64,000 nt of DNA from positions 40,120,401 through 40,184,400 of the forward strand of contig CM120641.1 in the NCBI GenBank assembly GCA_051362555.1. The letters are read 5' to 3'. Of this stretch, positions 25,025 to 39,300 are shown in pieces. The notes below the pieces were generated by a model that was given only the letters and a program-made list of their open reading frames with translations, did not search any database and was not told the origin of the DNA. Position 1 is the first letter of the stretch; each line of letters starts with the position of its first letter. This DNA is from Lingula anatina (taxonomy: Eukaryota > Animalia > Brachiopoda). Position numbers and translations under genes: made by a program.

Positions 25025-27510
25025 TCTTATACACATGATCTTCAAACCTTTCCAAATATGTTAGTCTATATAGTTTAATGCCTTGGCCTTGACTTTGCAG
25101 AGATGGTCAGACTTCATTTGAACAAAAAGTTACTTTAAAATTAAACAGATGAGTAATTTTCAAACAAAATCTATTACTTTAAAACCAAACAGATGAGCAT
25201 GTTTTATATGAACATAATGATATCACAGTTGTAAATAGCTCATCTTCACTGTCAATTAGGCAAATGATAATGCACTATCAATTTCATCATCAATACGTAA
25301 AATTGATAATGAGTTGTCTCTCTATTTCAGCAAAATGGAATTTTTTGCACAGTTACTCAAACAAGGGACAAGGTCCTGCATCAGATCATCTTATATGAAA
25401 AATTACTGTATCTCACTGAATCGATAAATCTGCCTCCCTCCGCTATGAGACACTGCATGCCATGTTGAACTGACAATTTATCACGACCTGACTATGACAT
25501 CATCATAAGTCACAATCTTTATTAAGAACTGGAATATCACCTATCTATTTATGTACAGACACAGATGTGTCTGTACATATTGTCATCACCTGTGTCTGTC
25601 ATCAGTGTCATCACCATCAGTGTTATACAAATAAAATGAAAACCATTTTACCTTTTGTCTTCACTTACAGAACTGATGAATATTCATGAAATACAGGTCA
25701 AGTTTAAAAATCGGCCTGATCAGAGCATTTTTCCAAAAGTTATGCTGTTTTTTTTCTTTTTTTTTTTCAGCATATTTTATCCACTGTTATACAAAAAATG
25801 AAAAGCATGTTGTGTATTATTACCAGTGGGAACTAAAAGTTGGATCACTATGTATGCACTTGAAATCTCTGTTTTATAAAATACAGAAAACTAGAAATGT
25901 TATATGAATGATGTAGTACTGAAGTTGAAGGCTGAAAGGCTGTGACATCATTAATTATTAATACCAGTTTTGTACCAAACATTTACTATAAAACAAAACA
26001 TAGTGAAAAATGAAAGAAAATTTCCAACAAAATCACCACTATGATCGGTATATGGCTGGTTTATGCTCTTGGCAACCCTGAAGGGCAATGAATGTGAGAA
26101 TTCTAAATAGTTGCCATATTATCATCATTTATTTCACTATTTATTGGGTTATAAAAGAAAGAAAGAAAGATGTCCTTAGAAATTTTTTAACCTTATCTTA
26201 AAGACCTCCAAAACATAGGTAATCAGTGTGGAATGGCAGTCTTAGAAATGAGATACCCTCCATCCTAGAGTGATGGATTCTTGACCAAATTCCCCAAAAT
26301 CTGTTAATTGAATTCCATAATAAGGTTAGTGTTACATTTCCTGTTATCTACCTGACACTGGGAGTGGAAACTGACACCAGTAAATATCAGGATAGAGGAA
26401 TGTGGCAGGATCCATCAAACCTCACATTAAAAGTACCTGTGATTTATAGTGGAGCAGTTTCTAAACCATTGCCTTACGCCATTGACTCCATTAGTTGCCA
26501 TTGACTCCATTAAATTTTTACAAAGTAGTTTTTATTTTATTTTATTTATTATTATTATTTTAATGATTTCTTTACTTGGAGAGCGTATCACTGTTGTTTT
26601 CATTCAACCATGCCCCAAATGATAACCCAGTAACCTATGGGGAATCTTACACACATGTTAATAAGGTATATTATAATGAATATCTTTAAAAGAGGTTAAG
26701 TAAACTTTTATTATCTTCCTGTAATTTATCTTAAATCTGTAAATTCTTTGGGCCACATTGAAATAGGTAATCTAATTTAATGAATTTCAACTGTATTTAT
26801 CTTGTGTGTTTGTACTATTAAGTTAATTTAAAGTACTGACCAGCCTGTGGCCTTGCTATTAATTTAGCTTAAGTGTCTCAGTTTATGATGCATGTCCCTC
26901 ACACTAAGCCTTCCATATCACTTTAGTACCTCTTGCAGCTTCATAAACACATTATTAGGGAGGTAAACCCTTCTCCCATCTGCTGTTACACAATTCTGCT
27001 TTTTCTACCTGAATCTTACCTGCCTCTGCAGATGACAGGTGTTAAAAACACCTGAATAGGTGGGCATTCTGTTTTTCTATATGATTTACTGAATATTTCC
27101 TTTTTGCACTCTGATACAAGATATTGTAGTGTCAGGGAAATAGTTGGATTGAATAAGACTTCCTGGGGAACCTCATAGGTTTTGGAATCGGAATCTGCTG
27201 TTTTCCCTGTGGCAGCTAATGCAGCGCTACATAAATTCCCGAAGGCAAGCTACCTGGGGCAAGGTAACATCTGTGGAGGCAGTGCTAGAGAGAGGTGTCT
27301 GAAGTTGTGCTTCTCTCCAGCTGAGCTTGCCCACAATTCACTACAGACATTGGTATTACATGCCTTTACATTGACAGCACAGTCATGTTAGCATGCTGGC
27401 AAATTAGCAAACCTGCATGACTTAGATGACTGCCAAGTTGATTCATTGGATCCAATTTCCTTAAATTAAGTCTCCTGGTTCCCAAATGGAATTAAGAAAA
27501 AAAAATGACA

Positions 27511-27544
<34 letters not shown>

Positions 27545-30500
27545 GACACACACACATACTAGATGCAGCACACACACACACAAACACGCACACTGTATAT
27601 GTAAATAACAATCATTAGAATAATAATACTATTAAATACCCCATCAACTTCAATTCCAAAGCTTAATAAATGAAAATCAATTATTATCATTTTTCTAAAC
27701 TTGGTGAACATCTGTCTTTGACATGTCATACAGCTCAATCAGTAATTGAGTGACCATTCAATCTCTATTCAAATATAAACCCATATGCACTCAGTCATCT
27801 TCCACGTGTATTGAAAATTATACCAAACTAGTAGAGTTTTTGATTTAGATTTCAAAGCAAAGAATTTTTGTTGATGAATAATAAAATTGTTATCATGTAA
27901 AGAAATGCTGTCTTCTTTGTATTATAAGCTATAAAACACAAGCACAAGTGGAAATGGGGGAAGAAGTATATATGTGTAAAAAATATCCATAAAAGTCTAC
28001 AATTTTTCTCTAAATAATTTTTTTTTCTTTTTTGCACTGAAACAAGAATTGGACTTCCCATTTCTTAAGCCTCTAGTCTGCAATGGCAGGTTTTGATAAA
28101 CAAAACCGATAAACTTTCTTTTTTTAATTTTTTGTGAATTTGTATGGTCCATTTACAAATAAATCGAATAATTACATGGTCATTTTTGCAATGTGGAACG
28201 GTTTCATCGCTACTTTTTCTATAAGCAGTATTTCTGTTTCTAACCCAAAGGTGTGTGATGAGAGACAGAAAACTATGTTCCATACTACATGTACCTCAGC
28301 TGAAAAAGGTTTTCTTCTATTATTCAGGTGATGTATCCTGTTGATAACACCTCCACTTACACCAAGAAATGAACCTGTACTTTATGGTTCAGATATAATG
28401 TACAAGCCATACTTAAACATTCACTGGAACCACATGGCCAAGATTTCTATAAAGTACTTTTCTGACAGTAGACTTCCAATGTCATAGTTTCAGTAGTTTG
28501 GGCAGGTGCTTTCTGGGGGATTATAATCAAGCTGGTTTGTTTACCTGCTGACCATAGGCTATTCCACATATGCCCCTAACTATCAGCAACTACTTAACAA
28601 AGTGAAGCTTTGGAATCATTTAACTCTTCACTGTTTTATCATTTTCTATCCTTTTACATAGAAAAGGCGGACCACAAGTCTAGTCCAAAAACAACTACAT
28701 GGATCAAGACAAACAAATGTATATTAGTACTGTACATCTACCATCAAGTTTTTTTCTTAAAATGAGCAATGAGTAATATTGCACATAAAAAGAGATAACC
28801 ACACAGACACATAAAGCAGTCTTTTACTTTTCAAAGATTTTCTCATACCTAGAAAAATTGGACTGATTTAATGAGAGACTGGCATTTCTAATTCAAAGAC
28901 CAGAAACTAATTATCTTTTTTTTTATATATATAAAAGTGTAAGGCATGACCACTATTTGCATGTTGTAACATCATTATATGAAGGTAGTTTCACGCTTAA
29001 TAACTGTGCACAATGTGTAGGTGAAATCTGCTTTGTGTCGTTAACGTGCATGTACAGGTGACACGCAGCTACAGAAGGGTGACCAGTTTCGATCTGGGAC
29101 AGGGTCACCAGGGTCAGAGTAGTTATGTATAAACACAAATGTTTCTGTAATGATGATCTCAAGTGTCATTCAGTACAAATGTACCTTATATAAATTATGA
29201 ATATTTGATCCTCTGTCATGGTTATATGCAGATGTGATTTAAAGTTGTATAATAAGAAAGTCAAATTATTGTCATTAAACCAGGTTTGGTATGCTTCGTA
29301 ATTCTATTCTTTCTATGTGTCACAATGACCTGGAGGGATGAATATGTAAGTGAAGTTTACTACCAGAAAATTAAAGGTAAAATTTCAAAACCTTTATTAT
29401 TAAGCTGACCAAATGATTACTCTGGCTTATTTTATTTACTTAATTTATCATTATTATTATTTGACATGTGGATTTTATTTGAGTTGTGTTAAAACTTGTA
29501 GTAGTAATTTTTTTTATGTTAGAATGTACACAGCTTTACTAGATCTTGCTTGTTATGTATCTTTAGATATTAACACTACTGAACCGCAGCTATCACTAAG
29601 AAAAGATGCAACTGACCCTCAAGTAGACAAAATTTCATGCACCTGCATTTCTTTCCAACCATTCATTTCATTAATTTGATCAAATATCATGCTTCTGTAC
29701 TTCTAAATTATTTAACCAGCAAATATGTGTTATTCTGATTAAGAAAAAGAATGATTCACCTTTAACATTTTTCATTTTCCCACTTCTAGACCAGATGTTT
29801 TTATGTAATGAATTATACCCTAGACAGCCAAGTATAAAGACCCTTCTAGCTATTTTAAGCAATCAGTTGCATTTATAAGGATTTCCTACATATATTTTTC
29901 ATTAACATTAAATAATCTCTTATTAAACCCTGTCAACTATCATTACAAATGTTTTTGCTGAAAACCGTATGCATTTAGAAAAGAAATGTGAACCTGATTT
30001 CAATTGCAGCTTGGAATTACGATTTTGTTTAATGAAAATACAGTACATGTTAACACCTACTATGCTCCATTTTTTGTTCAGTCTAGGATCAAATTTTTGC
30101 ATCTTAAAGAAAACAGAGCAATATATATGTATTTAATATCCCAAATGAAAAAAAAAAAAAAAACAATTCTAGAAGGGGCTCTTTTAACATTGGCTGAATA
30201 GATCCAGATGTGCGGTACCTGCTCAAAGACATTTAAGCTACAGTGTGGAAGTTTGATGATATTCGGATTAACATTTCCGGTAAGGTGTAGGTCATTTTTC
30301 ATTCCAGGAAATTACCACAGACTTCATGGAGTTCAGCAATCATATAACTAAGCTGAGTTCACATTGTTATAACTTAAATGCAAAAGTCTAACTGATGTCA
30401 GCAGATTCCCAGATTACATGATCCCCCCCCACACACACACACACACAATGCAAATTAGGGATTTGAAATTTAAAATATGGCTGCTTACTAACATCAGATG

Positions 30501-33358
30501 GACTACACCATGGCTACCTTCATCTTGATAATAACAAGGTCTAACTCTACCTACATCCATATGTATAGAATTGCCGTGTTCTGTATATCAAGAACTTATC
30601 TTTTTCTGGATATAATTTTTACTATGATTTCTCTAGCTAAGGCTTAAAAACTATTAATCTATACCTATATTCTCTGATAATAATAAGAAGAAGGAGAAAA
30701 AGAAGAACAACAACACACCCATAATATTTAAGTAAGGCTTTAAGATGGCATGCATTATTCCTAATAATTTTTTGTTTTCCTTGATTGAAATGAACTGCTC
30801 TTTGTTTTGGGGTTGTTCTTTAATTTTCCTCCTTCAATCTCTCAATGTTTTCTAAATGGCATATTATATCTTTTTAAAATAGGAAAATAACTACAATAAC
30901 ACATCTAATATATATATATATATGCATGATGCCATGAGTTTGGCTTTAACCAAATTACCATAAAGGTCTTAGAAAACAATCTTTAGGAAACTTTGGACTT
31001 GGCAGGTAAATACTGGTACGAAAAAGTTGGATGACATAGCAATTGAATTGAAGACCTTATTAAAATTTAATTTAGCAATATTTTGTTTGACATACAATAA
31101 TCAGTATCTTTATCAGTTTTCAACCTAATAATTATCTAACCTTTATTGATATTTATGCTGGTAAAATGACACTGATAAAGTGCCTAATTATCATCCTACA
31201 AGAAGTTACGCATAATGAAATAAGCAGCTTACTACTATTACAGGTTGAAAGCATACTTTCTGAGGTAAATGTCTACAGATATGAGCATGATCAAAGGTAC
31301 ATTGTAGAAGTACTCATCATTTTTGCCCCTTTGTGTCAGAGAGTGTTAACATCATAACTTTGCCCTCACCAGGTAGCAGGTGGCCACATGTTAGGATAAC
31401 ACAAAAATAGTACATTTATTTCTATACTTGGTTGGGTGGGTGGGGAGGGGGAGGGACATGGTTACTATACAAAAACCTATACTGTAAGATTTTCATATGT
31501 GACTTCATCCCCTGGATGACACAAAATGAAAGTATCGTGCAATATTAAACATTAAATTTGCCAGTCAAATACCATATCCATGTTCAACATAACTGCAGAA
31601 ATCAGAATCAGTGTTCTTATAAATGATATGCAATAATGAAAGCCACACAGTACAAAAACTGGAAAAAGAACTGTCAATTTTCATACCTGAAATTAAGGTT
31701 ACAAAAGAAAACCAACCATTATAAAAACTTACACCAAAAAGGAGTAAGGAAACCACTTTTAATTGAAAAGACAAGGTAAAAAGTAATTCAATTGAATCAA
31801 TATAATTAAGGTATACTATTTAAAATATATTTTTTATTTACATATGATAAAGAACTCTTGTGGTTCTAATTATTATAAATTTGGCCGAAAGAAAAGAAAA
31901 GAAACATTATTATAATAGATGAGAAGGCAAATCTCTACCTGTTTTACTGGGCTGCTCTGGAAATTCAAGGCACATATCATTTCTGGGAGTGCCAGGGGTA
32001 TTCTGGTTAGTCTCTCCTGGAAGGCAGTGAAGAGTTTTGCAGCTTTTTCCCTGTATTCAGACTTGTTGAGATACTCAGCAAGGCGCAGCAAGTTGCCCCC
32101 AGACACAGAGTTGGCACTGGGCTCAGCACCATCTTGATCTACAAAGTATGAACATTTATCATTAAGTATTTCCTTTCTTTTTCATTTGATAAAAAATAAT
32201 TTCATTTTCTTATTTTGAGATTATGAAATATCAATCAGTAGAGCATATTTTATACATGCTCTTACACCCCATTTCCATAGATTTTTAGATCGATCTATCC
32301 CTGTGGGGAGTCTCACTAGATTACTGTCAGCTTGGCCGGCTTAAGCGTCTGTCCCGCCTACTAAAAGCTGTAAGGGGGTAATTAACTATGGTGCCCGCTC
32401 AGCTGACTGCAATTTAGCATGAACCCCCAGGGAGTTAGGTCGATCTAAATCTTAATCTTTAGATCGATCTAAATCTCTGGGAAAGCACCCTTAGACTATA
32501 CAATTATCTCCACATAATGTATGCACTATTTTCTAAACACAACCCTTTTATGCAATTAATAAAGAAGTCTTATGCAAGTTAAAACAAACACAGTATTGAA
32601 CAAGGGTAAAGAAATTTCATATACTGTAGCTAATGGCATACTGAAGTGATATCTTAATATCCAAATGTAATATATTCTCCACAAGTCAACGTGATATACA
32701 CGAGTATGAGCACATGTGCACGTCACATACACCTTGTTTACGAGTCATGTATTTGATAGATATAATGGTGCAAGTCAAGCACAAAAGAACTACTCTTGAA
32801 GTAGCTGTGATCATTTGTTTTCATCACTCAAAGATGAAACTGAAAACCTAGCTTTCGGTACAGGTGACCCGTATACAATATCAACAAAACAACACATATC
32901 TTGAAAGTGTTTTTTGTGACGATACAAACTGCTTACATAAAATCACTGTTGCTACCATTTTGACAATTAATAAATTACACTTTGCAATTTATTAGTTTCT
33001 TTAATTTGACAAAACATGCCCAATAATTACCAAAATGCATCAGTGTATTCACCCAAATATTCCTAAAAGCAAATATGGCACTGAGAAGCTGTTGCATGCA
33101 ATTCCAGATCGAAGCATGTATGGTTTGGCCCCGTCAGCAACTTGGTTCTGTGACTACACAATAGCATTTGCACATTAATTCTCATGAAAAAAGTAGAGAA
33201 GACAACAGCAATTGCCTCCAGGGTTACTGCCATGCCACTCAAGGACAGTTCAGAATTGATCACTGTCCTCGGAGAATTGTGGGCAATCTCACAAGTTGCG
33301 CATTCAGATATACTTCAAACTATGGCATGATAATAGTGTAGAAGAAAAAAATATATAT

Positions 33359-33398
<40 letters not shown>

Positions 33399-36300
33399 TT
33401 GCAACTGTACGTTGTGGAAAATAAAGCTCTCAGAATAGTATTGTCATTTTTTGGTTATCTCAGGAATCATTCACAGCACACAATTTTTTTGGGTGAAGAA
33501 AACGGGTTACCGGCATTGCCATCGTTTCCTTTTTCAACTTCAATACAAAGTGTGATCTCCCATACATGTAAACTATACAAATAGTTCAATTTCAGGATTT
33601 AAATACCTGAAATACAGACTGCTTTTCAACAATGTGTAAGGGAATCGTGTTATCTGAGCGTGTAATCACAGATGTTATGACCCAATCCTGTTTCGATTCC
33701 TTCAGAAACGCACCTCAACGAAACCACAACTGGTGTGTAGTTTTGTTTCCCCATTCCGATTCAGCCCAAGATCTAGTGCACATACTACAGGCCTAACCAA
33801 CTACCAGACTCGGCACCTAAGGATCCTGAATTAACCGGTTTATCGGACCACACTACCCGTTTTCAAGGTGTGTGTCAGATCGCATTTCGGAGTATCATAC
33901 TCCAGAACAAATTTTGTAGGATGACTGCGGGCTCATCCACACTCGGCTGAACAACCTTTAACTGTACTCTTACTTTAGCGTACTCTATTTCATTGTCTCT
34001 ATGGGGGTATATGGGGACTTTACGACATTCGGTTTGAATGTTTTAACCACTTTTGATAGGGCTCTTTTGCATTGTATTAGATTAATGTGGCAGTCTAAGG
34101 TTCATCTAGGTGGCTTTCAAATTTATGCACCCGGTTTTTAAATCATATAGCGATTAAATAACGACAATCGTTTACTATCCAATCAAGGTGACAGCCGAGC
34201 ATGGGCTCATCCTGTCGGTGTTCTGACTGATACTCCGAAATGCAATCTGACACACACACCTTGAAAACGGGTAGTGTGGTCCGATAAACCAGTTAATTCA
34301 GGATCCTTAGGTGCCGAGTCTGGTAGTTGGTTAGGCCTGTACTACAAATTTCTATTGATGATGTTATGACCTGTCATATTAATATTAAATGAGACTAATT
34401 AAATAAGCTATGTATCTGGTTCCAACTTTTTGACCTGTAAAGCACGAAGGACATAATGACATTGCTGTTAAACAGCCACTTCGGAATTGCAGCATGCTTT
34501 CCCAACTCTGTGAAGTTAAGTGTACTCTTCCCTGATAATGTTTGTATGTTTTATATTATATTTTCCAAAATTTATTAATATTAACCAAAATATGATGCAT
34601 ATTTTAAGTGAAAAGCATGCTCACAAGACCAGCGCCATGTTAAAATTTTGATACAATGTCCCATTGTGGTTACCCAGTATTGTGGATGTGCACATATAAT
34701 GGTGAAATAAACTTTATTACTATATTAGGTCAGGAGAATCACATTACTGGGTTAGGTAAGAATAAGTGTTTGGCTACAACACCAGACAGCGGAATTCAAA
34801 CTTATGTTTCAAGCGAATAAAATTAAGGCACAATTATGTTTCCATTTCACAAATAATAAGTTTATTGAGAACAAAATATATAACTATTAAATCATTACAC
34901 CTAAAGACACTGTATTCTGTAAAAATTTCTAGATATTCTACATCATCAAGATGTCCTGGTAAACCACACCAGACAATATGACTGGTTGTCTACCAACCTG
35001 GTACTCTAAAGGTGTCAATTACCCCCTCTGTTATAAGTTTTTCCTTGCCACTTGGATGGCAGTTTATTTCCAGGAGGACCATCATTGTTGTTATTCATTC
35101 ATAACTTTTTGTTATCTCAGTCACTGTGCTAACTAGTGACAAGCAGACATCCCTATATTACTTGCGTCAAATGTTTACATTTGCGGAAATCTATTGTTTT
35201 TTGTGTCCATTTCTTATTTCAGTTAATCATAGCACTATTAGGTATGTGTATAGAAGTGTTGAACAGTTTCATTTGCCATGTGTTTTCAATACCTAAATAG
35301 AGTTTCATTTGTCAAAAGCTATAGAAAAATTGACTGAAATTTACCAGCCAATATTTAGTCTACTGATGTCATCTAGACTTCATCAGAGAAATAAGGGCTG
35401 AGACAGATATTACCTGTGATCACATAGATAGGCAATGAGTCACGAGCATGAAAAAGTCCTTAAAACATGCTTTCTATAAAAAAACAAGAATAAAATTCCT
35501 GACATGAAGGTCATGTAGACTACAGTAGTAGACATGCACCACCCACATTGTTCATTCTTTATGCTCTATGAACAGGAAACCAAAAGCAAATTATAGGTAT
35601 CTGTCTGTTCACTCTTCTTTGTGATATTTATGAAACCATTTGTGCTGCAAGTCACAGCAAAAGATTAACAAGAGTTCAAATCCTGTGAAAAAATATCCTT
35701 AAAGTTACACGTGAAGCTAGCATGGATTTCCCATAAACCATACAAAACACTTCTACTAGTTTCTTATACAAATGAAATAAAGTAGATATGCCAAGGGATA
35801 AACCAAATTAATCATCTGATCAGCCATAAAACTGGGGTTGATAAAAGAACCCCGCCTTCTTCAAATTTCTGGTTGTAAAATTGACCTACTAATTTGTCCC
35901 AGTTCCCTAAAGTCCGCCAAACTGGCCAAATGACATAGTTGGGTATTGCACATTACTGCTGCGCGTTCAATAGCACAATTTTTCAAATGAGTTGCCAAAA
36001 ACCACAAATTGTTATATATAGCACAGAAAGAAAGCTGAAAATGTCCATTCACGTAATATTTTTCAGGATATATGAAACAATGCGTATATATTCTTTTTGA
36101 AACTATTTGGTGGCATTGGTTGGGTTTAATGGCAAAAAATTTGACTTCAAATGCATCTTTAACAGAGCAATTTCATATTATTGATATTATGACCATGATG
36201 TGCTAAAATGATTTTTTTCTATTTTTACTGCACTAGCTGCCATTAAAGGCTTAAACCTTTAAAAAACTTGATTGACAGAATAACTTCAATAACACAGTTA

Positions 36301-39300
36301 TGAACTTTTTTCTGGTAGAGCACTTCATCAAAACATAAAATACCACTTATTATATTTAATTATAGTTATTTTATCAATTACATTTAAATCTAAATTGAAT
36401 AAAATGCAGGTTTAGAAATTTAAGTACCCATTTGTTTTTCAACAGTAATCTATTGAAAAAATTTTTACAGCAACCTCTACCCTTTTGGAAGAGTTCAGAT
36501 ATGTGTTTTTACTGTGAACACATGCAGACATAAAGCAGACCTGAAATTGATTACTGACCCCCCTCTAGTTCTGCTTTGCCAGAGGGGGTATAAGACTCCA
36601 GGGATGAGAACAGCTGCTGAATACCCAGGTGTACAACAATATCGTTAGGATCATCATCTGTGAAAGGTTTCACTAAAGTTCACTGAATACTGCAATATTA
36701 TATTCCACACTTCATGGCAGAATAGAAGGGCATCATGTAGGAGGATAATTTTTTCTTTTCAGAAAACTCTAGAGGAAAGAGAAATTAGTCAAATAAAAGA
36801 ATATCAGCATGGTTTCATTTAAAATTAATTGAAAACTTTTTGTGCAGTATCCCCCTCCCCTTCATTGGGTTTGGGTACAACAAGCCAAATTTCTTAACCA
36901 GGTAAACAGTTTAATTATCATTATTTGAGAGAAAATCATCTGTCACGATAGTCTTTATTTTCCTATAATTTAAACACATGAAACCCATTAGCACACAAGA
37001 ATACAATGATGGAAACCAGCAGCTCCATTGCCTTTATTTTCATTTCATCATTTATTCCACCTACACATAACATTTGGGGAAAATCACTCTGTAAGGATGT
37101 GTACCGAGTAACTCCTTTGTCTTCTATTTGTTCATATGTTTTGGTAATCTGTCAGAAGACAGGGACAATGCCGCAAAAATGCCCTTCTGTATTCACAGCT
37201 CTGCCACAATACTTGGCCTAAGGAAAAGTTCAGCGAGGCTGCCGCAACTACTGGAACTAATGGAAATGGCATGTCAATATCGTAAACAGCCCAATACATA
37301 CCAAGAAAATCTTGTTTTTCTAACAAGACTTTAGGGTTAATCAAAATTATGTGTTCAAGTTTCTGTATTATGCCACGTGCTGATGTTCTGACTTTAAGGA
37401 TAACTTGACTTTCTAAATAGAAGGCATAGGAAAAAATGTTGTTCATCATTTATGATTATTTTTCATACCATGAATGAATGGAAATATACAAGGAAGAAAT
37501 CATATGTTAAAAATAAAATTCCATATGCATTAGATTATGAGTCACAAAGCATGAGGTACAATTAAAGCCTGCAGAAAGAAATAAGCCCTGAATCATAAGT
37601 AAAAATTGGTGGATTAGAGCACATTTTTATGTAATGAAAACAAAAATACCAGGAAGATTTTTATTTTTAGTAATGAGAGAATTGTTGTTCTTACAAACAC
37701 ACAAAACAATTCATTTTAAAACCACGTCTATGTACAAACAAGGCAGCAAAGCTGCCAAATGTACAGACAAAAAGCAGAAAATCATGATGCTCCAAAAAAG
37801 GTTATTTTGTCTATTTTGATGCAATAATACATTGTGCTTAACAGTAAAGTCAATGCCGATTATGCACAACAGGGAACAGCGATGGGAGGGACGCTTTTTT
37901 ACGACTGTGGTATGTCCATTGTGTAAAGTATAATAAATGCTGAAGAAAAAAAAACGAAAACAAGATAACTTCGAGAAAAATAGTCAGATCAAGCGGGTTT
38001 TCAAACTCGACTTGAAATCTAAGAAATATTCATCAGTCCTGTAACTTTGAAGACAATAAGTCAAACGGTTTTCCATGAAATATGTTATCGGTATTGCATA
38101 TAGTATAATATATCCTAAAGCGCACAATTTCCAAAAAAAAAAAATGGTAAGATCAATAAGCCTTTTGGTTTTCCTTAAAATATGTTATCAGTTATATATA
38201 TATATGTTGAAAAAACTTTTTAAAAAAGGCCCAATCATGCTGATTTTGGAACTTGACCAGAAATTTATGAATATTCATCAGTTCCCCAAGTTTGGAGACA
38301 ACAGGTAAAACAGTTTTCCATTTATCATGTTATCACTTAAAGTCATAATAACTCTTCATTTTGGCCAAAAATTGGATTTTCCTAGAGTAAACGGCAATTT
38401 TCCCGTACTTACCAATGGTCAGCGACCCCATTCCTGCATTCAAAGTTAATCCAGGGTTTTTTTCCTAAACGTACGGTTTTTTGTTAAAATCTCTTAAGAT
38501 ATTTTAACTGACGGAGCTCTCTCTGACATCGCATAGTCACTGTTGACCTACTTAAAACCGCGGGAAAAGCAGACAACCACAACACTATATAAGATTCATG
38601 AGATATATTCGTCTTTTCGTTAAAAAAACATTAATATCCACAATGTGTGCCATTCTGGGCTTTTCGTTATCCGACGCACTGTACAAAAACTCGCAACTTA
38701 CGTCTGCGTCTGCATTAATGCGTTTGGCGCCATATGTTATTTTGGTCTCGAATGAACGCGAGAATCCGCGTGACACCATTACGTCATCAGCAACGAATGC
38801 CTTGATGACCGGGAAGAAAAGCATCGAAAGCCCTATTGACAAGCACAGATTTTAGTTTTACTACAATAACGGCTGTTTTAGTGGTAAATACAATAGAATA
38901 TATTTCCATGCGTTGTTTACAATGTATTTCATGCAGAATTTTGAATCTCAAAGGAAGAGTTATTATTGCTTTAAAGTGCACAGCAATGGCTGACACAGGT
39001 GACAGCTATATGTACAGACATATCTGTCTGTACATAAAGAGATAAATCAAATTTTTCTTACTATGTTCACATTGATGATTTATAATATAATAAGAATAAC
39101 TATGTCTCACCCAAATATTTTCATTATTTTATGAGTAGTAATATAATATCAACTGCTTCATACCATTTTTAATAGTTTCATAGTTTATTCATTGTAACAT
39201 ATGCATCCATCTGGATGGTTGAAAATGACACTATAAATGCAATTTTAAATGAGTATGCTATTAACCAATTACAATGTGTATGACTATTAACTTACTAAAG

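Noticed and set aside
35703-36158. Second Kolobok-like element bounded by TTAA
   Set aside because: The putative TIRs match only about 10 of 15 nt, too weak to call.
38400-38860. CpG island with overlapping ORFs (38585-38855), first read as a native alternative Cav3 promoter or nested gene
   Set aside because: It lies exactly between 17-bp TIRs with a TTAA duplication, so it is a transposon interior; the ORFs resemble nothing I recognise.
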